DNA of 63,995 bases, the filler included, from Basidiobolus ranarum (Eukaryota): assembly GCA_040143965.1 (NCBI GenBank). It is 3 parts of 3 records of this genome, joined end to end, with 100 filler letters (N's around TTAATTAATTAA, not from the genome) between each part and the next. Parts side by side here need not be neighbours in the genome. Positions count along the whole stretch, not along the records: positions 22,547 to 44,941 come from JASJQH010000187.1; positions 45,042 to 63,995 come from JASJQH010000263.1; 1 more part is not named here. The stretch is one strand, 5' to 3'. The position numbers and the translations under genes are program-made. Every line of letters starts with the position of its first letter. Position 1 is the first letter of the stretch. The notes beneath the pieces are model-generated. The model did not search any database. It was not told the DNA's origin and saw only the letters and a program-made list of their open reading frames with translations. Of this stretch, positions 38,366 to 50,527 are shown piece after piece.

Positions 38366-39478
38366 AATATAGAGTATAGAGTAAAAGAGATTTAGCATGT
38401 GGGAGGGTAATTTTTATAGGGAAATCAACTCAATTGTGATTGTAATGAATACGATCTGAAAGCCACGGTAAGCTAGCGAAATAGACAGTCATGAAACTTC
38501 AAAAAAGAACATTGTGCTAGTTTATAGTCGAGTCATGGCCTCGTGTTACTTACGTAGCACGATTCTTCATGATACCTACCAAGGTGAATGTAGATATCTG
38601 GAGCCTATTCATGGACTTACTTAATCATGTGTCAATCCAGAGATCACTTGACAAGGAGTCAGCGAATGGAGTTTGCGCATAAATGCTCGTAGCCAATCCT
38701 TACTCTTCTTCGTGAGGTTGCAGTTTCAGAGCTGTGTGTTATAAGCCTCAGCATCACTGGAGGAAACATAGCCAGGACTCCGCTCTCCAGGAGAATAACG
38801 GGCTCAGGGCCCCTAACTTGCTACGTAGCATGTCATAAATAATGAGGCCCTCTTTTCATTTCGCAGCCTTATTCATTTATCAAGATTACGTTAAAGGCTG
38901 AGAAGTGGGATTCAATCATGAAGCCCTGCAACTAGCCAAGCCTGCATTGATTAGATATCACATGTAGACTCTTAGCGCGTCTGAATGCTCCATTGAGACG
39001 TCTCTACATGGCCATCATAGCGACTTCAAGCCATACAGCTCAATCTCAATCCATCAAGCCAGAAGTCATGCCGATATTATAATCCATTCCACAATCACCT
39101 GTTGGGGTTCAAGCGTACACATGATTTGGAGATTGAGATCATATACTCCAAAACTATGCGTTTGCTGTGGAAACTACTGGAAAAGGATGATGCTATTTGA
39201 TTTGACAGAATTCGATGTAAATTAAATTAAAATCTCGCACCTTCAAAAAATCCAGGCATTTTTAAAATAATATATTCAGGAATCTATTTGTTAACAGCTA
39301 GGAACTTTACAAATTAGAGTATTGGCTTTCTGTAGACTTCAGAGTTTATGTTTGAAGCAGGAAGAAACTTTGGAGAATATCCTTGCTTTTCGACAAGTTC
39401 GTCTTATCTGTTTTCATACACATACACACATCTATGCTTACGTGCCCTTTATTAAGTACTTCAATAGGTCATTAAGCT

Positions 39479-41734
39479 ATGGGTGGAAACTTAACGAAAC
39501 TGATTGAACAAGAAAAAGGTTCAAAGACACTCAATCTGGGTCAAAAAAACATAAGTGAAATCCCACCTCAGATCGAGACACTCCGTGACAGTTTAGAAAG
39601 GTAAAATCTTTCATCTTAGTCGGTAGTCAATGGTGCAGTGGACTAACTTCGCATCTAGACTGGGTTTGGGCCAAAATTTTTTGAATTCTCTACCATTAGA
39701 AATAGCAAAGTTACAGAATTTACGCTATATCAATCTAAGAGCAAATCTCTTCAAAGAATTCCCTTTAGTGGTAGGTTTCCCGCTCTATTTCTGGTTGCTG
39801 CCAAATTATTTATACCCGAATTTTGTTAGCTATGTGAACTACCACGTCTCGAAATTCTGGATTTGAGTAAAAACAAAATTCGAATATTACCTAATGAACT
39901 TGGCAAAATCAAAACACTGAAGGTATTCATCAAGTTCTTCTACTGTTGGCTAGTGTACATATACTCATTTGCCCTGCAATTGATATTTTAGGTTTTGAGT
40001 GTAGCACGTAATCGTATTAAAGAGCTACCATTCTGCATAGGGCGCATGGAAGACCTACAAGTCTTAAAAATAGAGCATAACCCCATCACTTTTCCACCCC
40101 GACATATAGCTCAATCTAATCACAACAGTGGAGAATGGTTGGAGCACTTGAAGGAGTATCTACGGGAACACTCAGGTTTGTCCATGCTAGAGCCTTACGT
40201 TGTTGTCCATCATTAATAGAATTTATCTGAAACAGACACCCCAGACTATGCTGAGGATGTGGTAGAAGAGAACAGTACCGACGACGGCTCTTTAATGGAA
40301 CACTACGCTCGCGATCAATACGATTTGCGAACCAGGCGAATGCCTTCTACCGAGTCTTTAAGTTCATATATGCGGTCTGACAAACTTTCAATCACACAGG
40401 AAAATCTCGCTGAGCTTAAAATATTGATGGAGAAACGTAGTTCTGACCGCCGGCACCAGTTCGGAAGATCATTCTCAATGCCCAGAGGGATTGTCAGTGA
40501 GTATTCCGATAATAACGGCAGTCTGCCTAGTATCTCACTCTCACGCCATTCTCGAGGGATCTCTTTGGATTCAATTAGCTCGGTAGATACACAGACATCA
40601 GTTGATGGGAATTGGAATTGGGACACTTACTTCCTACACGCTAATCCAATTCCCAAGAACATCTCAAACGTCAATGGAAAATGGTTGGCAATACACCGAA
40701 GTATTTTGTTTATGATGATTCAAATATATTGTGCAGTGCAACAGCCCTTAGCGCTTACTCTGGACATTCACACCACCGCCATATTTTCGGGTTTGTTGTC
40801 GGACATCTCAAACGGAATGACGTTATACGTACAGATCTTAGAAAAGTTTGAACGAGGATTACATCAACTACGACCTCAGGACTTCTCCGGCTTCCACCAC
40901 GACTTAGTCCAAGCGTGTCTTAAAAACATTAACTCTTTTCAGAAATTAGTGCGCGCCGTATATTTAAACATAAAGCCCCTGACAAGAAACAGCGACATAC
41001 GAATTACGAAGAATCTATTGGTAGTGATACACACCGGAACCATTGAGATTAAAAATGCTTATGAAGCTCTAAGCCAATTTAGTGCGGAGTTGTCCACGAC
41101 TTCATTAGTGATCGGGCAGAACCGATTTTCTAAAGTTAAACGAGGTAGCGTTGTATTGCGTGATATTGAAGTTAATCCCGAGCTATACACCTTAGCTGAA
41201 AACACCACTGCTGCCGCCACGAGAGTAATGCTTTTGCTGACAGAATCCCTTGAAAGACTCAACCTCGGAGACGATGATACCGATAAATTAAATCGACAAA
41301 AGGATTGTTTTTCCTCCAAGATAGAGGAGCTTCTATCGCATTTACAAACTGCGGAGAGCGCTACCAAATCTCTAAACCGCTCACTTAATATCAAGAACAC
41401 CAGTAACGAAGATTCGTTATTCAATCGGCGCTTTCTTGAAGACATTGACAATTTTGTGAAGGTTCATTTGGGTTTCTGTAGCACAGGTTTTTTTCACACA
41501 TCTAATGCACTTTCCACATAGGCTGTCATTACCATGGCCTCTATCACCCGAGCCTCTTTGACCGAGCTACATTTGAACAAGTCCGTTACTTCCGGGCTTC
41601 AAGCACTTGTTCGTAGTACAAGAGAGTTAGCTCTTTTGTTTGCTAAATCACGACCCAAATTAACGACAGACGATAACAGCGAAATGAGTGATGTGCACAT
41701 CGAGGTCTCATCCGTATGTACGTTAGGGAATTAA
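39479..41734 (+). CDS. SOG2: Sog2-like RAM-network leucine-rich-repeat protein; 5 introns
   Basis: N-terminal LRRs (LRYINLRANLFKEFP, LEILDLSKNKI, LQVLKIEHNPITFPP); SOG2-domain-like DIRITKNLLVVIHTGTIEIKNAYEAL. Confidence 0.8.
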
Positions 41735-42944
41735 GACCAAGTGTATTCCTACTAAACCTATGCTCTATTTCTCATCATGTAGGTTCCTAGGATCTTGCCT
41801 CCCACCCCCGAAGTCTCAGAATTCTGAGGATTTTTTCCAATGTGGAATTGTATTTTGGCAGTTGAAAAGCTGTTATCTGTATATATATATATTCGCTTTT
41901 CGTTCATACCAGATTTCTTTGCCACATTCCATTAATACTATCGTACTTAGAATTTGGAGATCTACCTCGTTTCCTTCACTTTCATTGTCTACACGTTCTT
42001 GTGTTGTTCCACGTCTATGATTTATTGTTGTTTAATGTTCTATGTATCATTTCTCCTTCACATCCATATCCCGTCGCTCTTCACTTAGAAGCACATTACA
42101 GTGAGGATGTTCGTCTTTACTTATTGATACAAAATCACTAGATTTCGGGTCTCTTTGACACTCACCCTTTCTCTTCCTTTACTTTTCATTATCAACCATA
42201 TTCATTGGTCTAACCCACAACAATTTATCTAACTTTTACGGGGCGACTGGTTAATAGTTAGCCTTCTAAGAGGACCACATTTTAAAAACCCTATACAATT
42301 TATTAACGAAGAGACCGGTTTCTTTATTTAATATTGTGAGTATTAGTAACATACGATATAATATACCATAAAATAATCAATCAGATAGACCGTTAAGTAG
42401 TTGATATAAGACCTAAGAGCACTCTGCTATCCCACGTTGGCTATGTACCATAATTGTTAGGTCACTATGACTTCAGTCACGGAAGTGCCACCGACCGTAC
42501 TATCTTAAGTTTGGGCAGACTCAGAAAAGTTCCTTTTATACTAGTCCGAATCTGAATAGAGCATCAATTCTCAACTATACAACACCTTTCAAAAGGAGGG
42601 AGCTACAGAGAACTATTGCTCCCATCAATGTTCTTAAATAATGCTTGACTTGAACCAATATAGCGTGGGATTTGACAACACTTGTCAAAGGATAAATCTG
42701 AAAGAGCTAAGGGTATTTGGGAAGGATTAATACGATGAGGATACGCAGATTCCTTCCTTCTTGTAGTAAACTCTCATTTGGTTTTGAACCGGTTCAAACA
42801 CTCGCAAAGTAATGAATGTAAAATTGAATCTGCCGAAAGGCCGAGGATTGTCACTATTAGTGTATGATTCGTTAGATTTTATTGATGCAACTCTCATGAT
42901 ATTTTCCATTCAATATATTTTAAAGTCAACTCAGCAGAGAGATG

Positions 42945-43824
42945 TCAGTTCGACTGCAGTAGGGTTGGCTGTAATTGTTCTTCTGTTTCGTGATATTTAA
43001 CTGTAAGAACTAAAAATGCTGACAATTAGTGTAGTCGAATATAAAACGTAGGTTATAAATACTCACCTGGGCAGGGCGCGCTATGTATACAATGTTTGCT
43101 TACGCTACCTAGAATTTGGCTAAGAGTAGGGTGAGTTATTTCATTTGTCAAATACAACGTTTTCACAGAGATCATACAAACCTTTGCATAGCGTTCAACC
43201 CACGGTCGCCCAGTACAAGCATGTATACCTCTTGCGAGGATACATAATCAACAATACGGGTACGAGGATCGATTCCTGTCAACGCTACAGCATCACAATT
43301 AATCTATATTCACGCCATGAGGAAAGGATCATTGAGGTAAGTATTTTGGATAAAAGTGGGCCCTTATTTAACCATAAAACAACCTGGATATCTTTCTTCT
43401 GCATTTGCTCACTGAGCCACTCTAAACCCTTTTTCAGTATTTCCTCGGCCTCACGTTTGGCTTTAGCTTCAGCATGCTCTTGTCGTTCTTGATTCACCCA
43501 AGAAGCTACGTAGAGAAAATGAAGATTTTCCTTTAGAAAAGTAGAAAGAGAGAGAGAGATTAAGTGGAATCATAGGCGTTACTTTGATACTGTGCATTTT
43601 CAAGTGTGTTGGAAAGAAGATCTCCAAATTTACATGAGAGAACTCCTACAGTGAGTAAGATGACCTTATCTCCCGGATGGTAAGCGTTCTCTATAGCCCA
43701 AGCTAGAGCGTTCCTATATCGGAGTGGGTAAGTATGTAAATGCAAACACCTGTGTTTGTTCTTTTAAGTAATAGACTTACCGTGAGTATTTTGTGTTATC
43801 ATAAGCAATCACTATTTTGCTCAT
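42945..43824 (-). CDS. Universal stress protein (USP) family; 5 introns
   Basis: MSKIVIAYDNTKYSRNALAWA..DKVILLTV; GIDPRTRIVDYV..MLVLGDRGL..ILGSVSKHCIHSAPCPVLTVK. Confidence 0.88.
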
Positions 43825-44337
43825 TTCTTTGTTTGTATATAGTTAGGATGCAATAAAGCTACTATTTTCTATCAAAGGGATTACTGTTCAAATATATCTA
43901 GATATTCAGTGAGAAACAGGAAAGGAGTACGCAACACCTGACACCACTAACCTGGATGCTATATGATGAAGAGAAGTAAATACAAAAGATTCGAAGATAG
44001 ACTGCGTATGTTCCAGAGATGGAGTACAATGGACAATGCTTCACTACGCCCTTTAGAGATATAGCAACAAATCAAGCTTACTCTTGGTGATCGTACCAAT
44101 CACACTGCTTGTATCAGGGACGGTCATAATTTGCTAAATTGTATAACTACGTTGTCCCTAAAATGGCTAAACCCCTCTACCAGTCCTTTGCGGGTTGAAT
44201 GGATGTGTAACATAATATGATGGAATTAGACACTAGGTCTAGACTACACCGCCTGACGTGTCATGAGTGGATGTTTCTGGTATATTTTAAGATCACAGAT
44301 TAGCGTGCATTTAACCTGCTTGCACAAAGCATCCATT

Positions 44338-44913
44338 TCAGAGCAATTTATTTAGCTGATAATAAAGCAAAATTGTGACCGGAGCCATAGCGTAGTTAAT
44401 TGAGCTGTGGGTAGCCCTTGACTGAGCGACATGATTGACGGGATTGGCAATAGCCATGGACGAATTGTCGGACAGGTGAGTGCTGAGAAAGGAAAGGTAC
44501 TCAGGAAGGTTGACATAATAAGTTACCTCTCCAGTTACTGCGCATTTGTTAGAAAACGGATCTGCGATGTTGACACCAAAGCTAGTCAGCCCAAGGAGTC
44601 TCCAATCATTATTCCCATGCTTCAGGAAGCTTGGACTGCCAGAGTCCCCAAAACAAGGAGCAGCTCCTGGGGTTGGTTTGGTACAAAATCGAGTAGTATC
44701 AAAGTCAGCAATAGCTGTCCCACAGAATTCCTTGGTGGCTAAGGGTAAAACCACCTTCAGCAAGACGGGGGATTGACGGCGATCTTCGGTCTGACCAAAC
44801 CCTATAGTGGTGATGTTCACGTCTTCAGAGGGGAGTCCTTCACTCAGAATGGCCGGCCGCACGTTGTCGTCAAATTTAAGGGGATCTTTTAGCTCAACCA
44901 CCGCAATATCATT
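44338..44913 (-). CDS. Last exon of an S1 (trypsin/chymotrypsin-fold) serine protease, truncated by the contig break
   Basis: NDIAVVEL (catalytic Asp), IGFGQT, CFGDSGSP (catalytic Ser), LLGLTSFG; S/A-rich linker plus hydrophobic C-terminus. Confidence 0.88.
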   Translation of the reverse strand, partial: NDIAVVELKDPLKFDDNVRPAILSEGLPSEDVNITTIGFGQTEDRRQSPVLLKVVLPLATKEFCGTAIADFDTTRFCTKPTPGAAPCFGDSGSPSFLKHGNNDWRLLGLTSFGVNIADPFSNKCAVTGEVTYYVNLPEYLSFLSTHLSDNSSMAIANPVNHVAQSRATHSSINYAMAPVTILLYYQLNKLL

Positions 44914-44941
44914 CTAGAATAAAATAAACTCATGAGTATGG

Positions 44942-45041
44942 NNNNNNNNNNNNNNNNNNNNNNNNNNNNNNNNNNNNNNNNNNNNTTAATTAATTAANNN
45001 NNNNNNNNNNNNNNNNNNNNNNNNNNNNNNNNNNNNNNNNN
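44942..45041. other. Artificial contig linker (44 N + TTAATTAATTAA + 44 N)
   Basis: Same design as the linker at 22447-22546. Confidence 0.97.
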
Positions 45042-45220
45042 ACCCCCACTTATCTATTATATCTTATTACACAAAACTCCTGAATATCTCAAACAATTGA
45101 TTTACTTTTCTACTATATAAGTCACCATATACTCTTAAGAATAAACTAACTAAAACACACTATCATAAGTAGCTTCTAATACTCAAAGTCTAACCCCATT
45201 ATGTCAAGATCCTCCAACAG
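45042..45220 (+). repeat. Copy of the dispersed AT-rich repeat (left arm of the inverted pair)
   Basis: Similar to 22785-22953; 45109-45220 is the reverse complement of 63884-63995 with two mismatches by eye. Confidence 0.92.
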
Positions 45221-46156
45221 GTACAAAATGAATAGTTATCAATATCAAGTAGAGTTTGAGCTTTGCTCAGAATATTGAAGATTCTAACTGTTTCCATGCA
45301 ACAAGGAGATGTAATCTACTTTTGAGAAAAGTCAAGAAATAAAAGGTTTGCTCTTGAAATACATTGTTCTTTAGTATATTCAAACTGTATTATATATCCA
45401 GGGGTAGTCCATGGAGTTTTAACACCATTTCAGTATTTAAGGTTTCTTTTGTTCATCTTTTTCATATTCAATTTCACTCCATTGCTTCTCGTAAATTGCT
45501 TCCAAAATACATGTCTACATTTCGAGAGAGATAACATGTAACTTTGCGTATTATCGGTGACTTCTAAAAGCTAGATCAACCCAAGTGGCGTATATTTCGT
45601 AGGCAACGCATAATCCCTTTCATTTTCAGTCAAGGGCACCAGTTTGTGGTAGATCAACACTCGAGTTCTCAAATTAACATCGCCTTATTTCGTAAAAATA
45701 CTTGTAATGATTGTACCAAATTTCAAGTTGACGAATTTTGATGGTTTTTTAATAATCTGCCTGACACTTCAAGAACCCTCAACGATATCTAGATCTAGAT
45801 TGATACATTCCGGATCGATGTGGTACGATTTCTTTTGGACCCATCACATGCTCTATGGGACATTGCAAAAAGTCATTTGGTTACATTCAATTTGTTTCGC
45901 ACAGATCAACTGGTATTAATCTTGGTTATTATGGAATATACTGTTATTCAACCGGAAATGAAATTAATTAATCTAGGCTCTAGACAGTGCGAGAGGTCAT
46001 GTTCAAAAATGATTCATTTATTAACTAAAATTTGTGTCCACGAGGGACCAATTTGATCTATGAGCGATATATGGAAGAATTGAATTGTGGTTGATTTACA
46101 GTGAATTCCATCATCAACAAGAAGGGTAAATAGGCGTGCTCAAGTATGTGGGGCTT

Positions 46157-47098
46157 CTACGTATAAGCTGGAGGTGAGGTGGGAGTGCTAAGTGAATACA
46201 GGGGAAGGGTATCTTCTTCTTTGTTACTTATGTGGATGGGTGTCCTCACCAAAATATACTTCTTCATCCCAGAGCCATTGAGTAAGCATATTTGTATCTC
46301 AATTAAATGTGAGAGACTCAACATATCGCTCTTACAATCCGTTTGTATACTAGAGTCAATCAAGATTTGAATGGAGTTCGAATGCACTGTTGGCTTATAT
46401 TTCCTGAGGTCTTCGTATTTAATGGTTTCAATAAGCGGTCGCTTAGTGGATTTGATATCACCATTCTTCGTACGATACCTGACCGCCTCAACTATACAGG
46501 CCTGAATGGATTCAATTTTAGAAGTGGTGTTCAACAATTTGGTTCCAATGTTGAGGTTGACCTCCTGTCCCGGTTGGTAAGAGTTCGAATTGGAATAGAT
46601 CGTAAATCCTAGTTCCCCATGAATTTCCCCGAATTTCAATAATTCTTGGGAATTGATATCATCGAAATCAATAGAATGAACTCTGGATATATATACGGAG
46701 CGTTCATGTAGCAATTCTGACTGAAGTGAGAACCCTTCTCGTTTGGCAACCGCTTTGAGGCTGTACTGAATACACCCGTTACGTGAGTTGACTGATTCGG
46801 GTAGGTCGCCGGTAAGTGGTAACTCAAAATGATACATGTAGGTACCACTATGAAATGATTTGGGATTCTGGGTCACTTCCAAAAATTCTACATTATGTTG
46901 TAAAAATATTTCGGTGGTTTCTGAAGGTACCGAGGCAACACCTTGAAGGCTTAGCTGAATGGAAGTGATCTTGTTGATACCCCGCAGACTAAGTAATAGG
47001 TAGCCACGAAGCGCATGGCCAGATGCGGTATCTCTGCAACCACGAAATACGATCTGTTCATTGAACAAGTGAATATGGAGATTGCTATTGTACCACAT
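46157..47098 (-). CDS. Alpha-arrestin (ART-like ubiquitin-ligase adaptor), intronless
   Basis: LRGYLLL..ITSIQLSLQG; GTYMYHFELPLTGDLPESV..IQYSLKAVAKR arrestin-N motif; C-terminal LPLY and PPAY motifs. Confidence 0.85.
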   Translation of the reverse strand: MWYNSNLHIHLFNEQIVFRGCRDTASGHALRGYLLLSLRGINKITSIQLSLQGVASVPSETTEIFLQHNVEFLEVTQNPKSFHSGTYMYHFELPLTGDLPESVNSRNGCIQYSLKAVAKREGFSLQSELLHERSVYISRVHSIDFDDINSQELLKFGEIHGELGFTIYSNSNSYQPGQEVNLNIGTKLLNTTSKIESIQACIVEAVRYRTKNGDIKSTKRPLIETIKYEDLRKYKPTVHSNSIQILIDSSIQTDCKSDMLSLSHLIEIQICLLNGSGMKKYILVRTPIHISNKEEDTLPLYSLSTPTSPPAYT

Positions 47099-49558
47099 TA
47101 TCGTATATGTTCGCTTAGAGGCCTTCGAGTGATTTTATAGTCAACACAGTCCTAGTCAGTTGGTGGAAAGTGCTATTTGCATCAATGGAGCCATCGGAAC
47201 CAATCGCTCTCTAACTACAGACAATTCCAGGGTTCACTTGGCGAAATCCTTGGTAAAATTGTTTACTTAATTTAAATCCTGGATTGATATATCACTATGG
47301 TAAAGTCCAGAGAAATTCGTCAGTGAATCCTATCCAATGGTGTCTAGGTTACTTACCAGAAAAAGGTATGAAACTTCCAGTGATGGCAGCCAAATTGCCA
47401 AACCAATCCTGAGAAGATTTATGCAGAAAAGACGGGCTTATTACAATCAAACTCAACCACTCATTAAGTAAGAACTTGGATAGAAAAGCAAATCATCGAA
47501 TCACAGCCAACATATCTATTGCCTTTCTCATTCAAAAAGAGTTATCGAGCATTCATGCAAACCGTCGGTCATGATAGAAGTTGTACATATCAATGCGGAG
47601 ATGCCCTACTTTAGAAGTAGACTCTCTGGTACACTCGAAGTGCTTTGGATTGCTCTAAATTCATCACTACTATGTATCAATTCTCCCAATCATATTGCAT
47701 CTCACATCAGTATTACTTGGCAACTATCTAATGTTATCCTTATGATGTTGTGTAGGTCCGCATTGGATTACTACTTGTATTTATCAGTTTAAGCCGAGCT
47801 ATTTGAAGTCCATTGTGATTGGTATTCCCAGGTTAGTGATAAGTAGATGAATATTTTTTGCATCGTTTGCCAGCAGTGATGCAGATTCAGTGGAACATAG
47901 CAAATCCACCTCCGCTTTGGAAATACACTACCAGTCTCCTGGCATTCATCGGATTGGTTGAGGATCAAGAGAAATCAACATCCATTGTCAACTATGCTGA
48001 CATGACAAACGCTAGTGAGATCATAGTGAATCATATTTTTCTCTGATTTGGCTAAGGTACAAGAGCCATTTGACACGAATATACTGTGCGCACACAATCG
48101 ACAGTAATAGATTTCAGCAACACGGTATGCTAATTCAAGCAGCACTGTGTTTGAGGTGGCTCATCCATGAAGTCTTCCAGGAGTAAAGGTAACTTGACAG
48201 GAGCTTTAATTAGAACGAATTGAGTAATTTTCATATTGTGGTTGACTCGGGGGTAATCGAATTGGTAGTTTGAGTGAATGATTTGCGATTTCAATGGTTC
48301 TCTTAATCATCGGTTCCACCCACATCACACGCTGCTTCCAATAGAAGTCCAACTATGTCAAGAAATTGAATGTTTTCTAGGTTCGAACCCATTCATTGTG
48401 GAATGGCATCTAACATTACGGTGTTCCGACTGGAATTCTGATCATTTCTCTTGTGACTAGAGAATAGGCTACATGGCACTACTGTCAAGCTTGATCACTT
48501 AGACTATTGACCGAAGCTGACGCAAGTGATATTTATTTTTATAACTAAATAGGGGTGCAAGAGGTCGTTTGGTCTTCACTGATATCCTCCATAGAGTTGA
48601 CTCATAGCCCCTACCCTTACTGCATGCACCTTGTGAGCATACCTTATACTTACAAGAGTTACTTGAATCAGTATGTTCTGAATAAAGACAAGGGAAATCT
48701 GAACTGTCTTAGGTCATAGGAAAGAAATTTAATATACGACCAGTTAAATTTGAAATTAGCTAATACAATACAGCAAATCCGAACTCTATTATGAAAGAAT
48801 ACAGGCATTCACTAAGTTCTGCGGATTGGCAGTTGACTGGTAAAAATACGGCTGAGTCTCACGCCACGCAGATTTATGTGAAAAACCAGCTAGCAAGTCA
48901 TAGTCGGGTTTAAGTACGTCTGACCTGACTTGATGAAACATTTATTGTAGAGATAAGTTGCTCAATGGTAGATTAATTTAACGTCTTCACTGGTTTACAA
49001 CCGCTATATATCAACCCAATAGAACCTACCTGAAGACTACTGTCATGGACAAAAAATAATTTGATCCTAACTTACTCTCATGATCGAAAGCTACTCTGGC
49101 TAATGGATCGCCACCAGTCCAAATGAAACCAAATCAAAAATCTATTCGCAAAATACATTGATGGGAATGTTGCTTCCATGAGTATATGCATTCAGGTTAA
49201 TCCTGATTCCTAAGTTGAGCGCATGCACTACCCATTACATACTTGTTGTTGGTGCTGATTCATTCAACATGCCAATATACTTGCTATTGTTCATCGGTTA
49301 GCGGTGTCCGTTACCAAATACTCTTGGCTGGTTGTTTAATTCATCTTTTGTGTTATTCAAATGAGCGATGATTTAAAAGTTTGAGACGAAAGACAAGTAT
49401 ACCGACGTACAAGTAGCTTGATGACAACATACAATGAGCAATTATAAACATATGATCTGATTTGAATTTACATAGACAGTGGATATTGTACAGGTAGAAT
49501 GGTGGGGAGAATATTGCAGAATCAATAATTTCGGAAAGCAGGTGAAGCCAAGCCAAAC

Positions 49559-50527
49559 TTAGGAGAAGTACAGAGGTGAATGGGATGAGCTAAAGTAACT
49601 AGGAGGCTCTGCAATGGCGGCACAATATGTTGGCAGTGTTTCCTCAGAGCCAACAATTTCATGTGGTAAAAATTTCAATGGAGTCCGTACCACCACAAAT
49701 CGTTTGGAGCCATCGCTATCAGAGAATGTAAAGGTGAGGTTCAGTTCATGTGAGATAGAAACATACTCATTCTCACAGTCCGGATGAATATATTCTTTAG
49801 ATGAGTTGGTTGGGAAAGTGACTTCTTCGTACCATTGTCGATGTCCTATAGGTAACCAGCTAGTGGATACCTCATGCAATAATGTCTTGACAAAGTCTTT
49901 ACTTCCGTTCACCTTTCTGGTGATATTCTCAACTAGACCGATTCGAATACGATGTACTTGATTCCCATACCCCAGCGACTGAGTGCCAATATGTAAGGGT
50001 ACATAGTCCCCTGGTTTGTAACTGGAGGAGGGTGAAAATATGTAAAATCCAAACTGAGAGTGAATCTCCCCCACTTTATATAGTGCGTGGATCTCTTCCT
50101 GAACTCCCATGACCCTTTCGACAACAAGCTCCCTCTCCGTATGTAAATCCCCCCAATAACCGATGCGCTTTGCTATTGCGTTGAACATATATTTGATACT
50201 TGTTGTGCTGGAAGTCATACTTTCGGGTAAATCACCCAGCAGAGGAAATTCAAAATGATATTCGTAACGTCCGGGTAGAAACTCCTTCACGTCGTGATCT
50301 TCTTCCAAGAAAGACACGTGATGGCGGAGGAAATGTTCTTCAACAGCTGGCTCAACTCCTGAGCACCATCCTTTCAAACTCAAGTCAATTGAAGAAATCT
50401 TCGCCGGATAGCGTATATGAAGTAGTACATGGCCATGAATCACTTGACCTGATGAGGAGTCGCTGTCACCGCTCAGTACTACCTTTTCATTCTCGAGATG
50501 AATGTGAAGCGAATTGAAAGACCACAT
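49559..50527 (-). CDS. Alpha-arrestin paralog, intronless
   Basis: IHGHVLL..ISSIDLSLKG; PGRYEYHFEFPLLGDLPESM..IKYMFNAIAKR; LPTY and PPSY motifs; start set at MWSFNSLHIHL by alignment with its paralog. Confidence 0.85.
   Translation of the reverse strand: MWSFNSLHIHLENEKVVLSGDSDSSSGQVIHGHVLLHIRYPAKISSIDLSLKGWCSGVEPAVEEHFLRHHVSFLEEDHDVKEFLPGRYEYHFEFPLLGDLPESMTSSTTSIKYMFNAIAKRIGYWGDLHTERELVVERVMGVQEEIHALYKVGEIHSQFGFYIFSPSSSYKPGDYVPLHIGTQSLGYGNQVHRIRIGLVENITRKVNGSKDFVKTLLHEVSTSWLPIGHRQWYEEVTFPTNSSKEYIHPDCENEYVSISHELNLTFTFSDSDGSKRFVVVRTPLKFLPHEIVGSEETLPTYCAAIAEPPSYFSSSHSPLYFS

Noticed and set aside
49353-49556. Small ORF downstream of the second arrestin as a third paralog
   Set aside because: No arrestin motifs; probably 3' UTR
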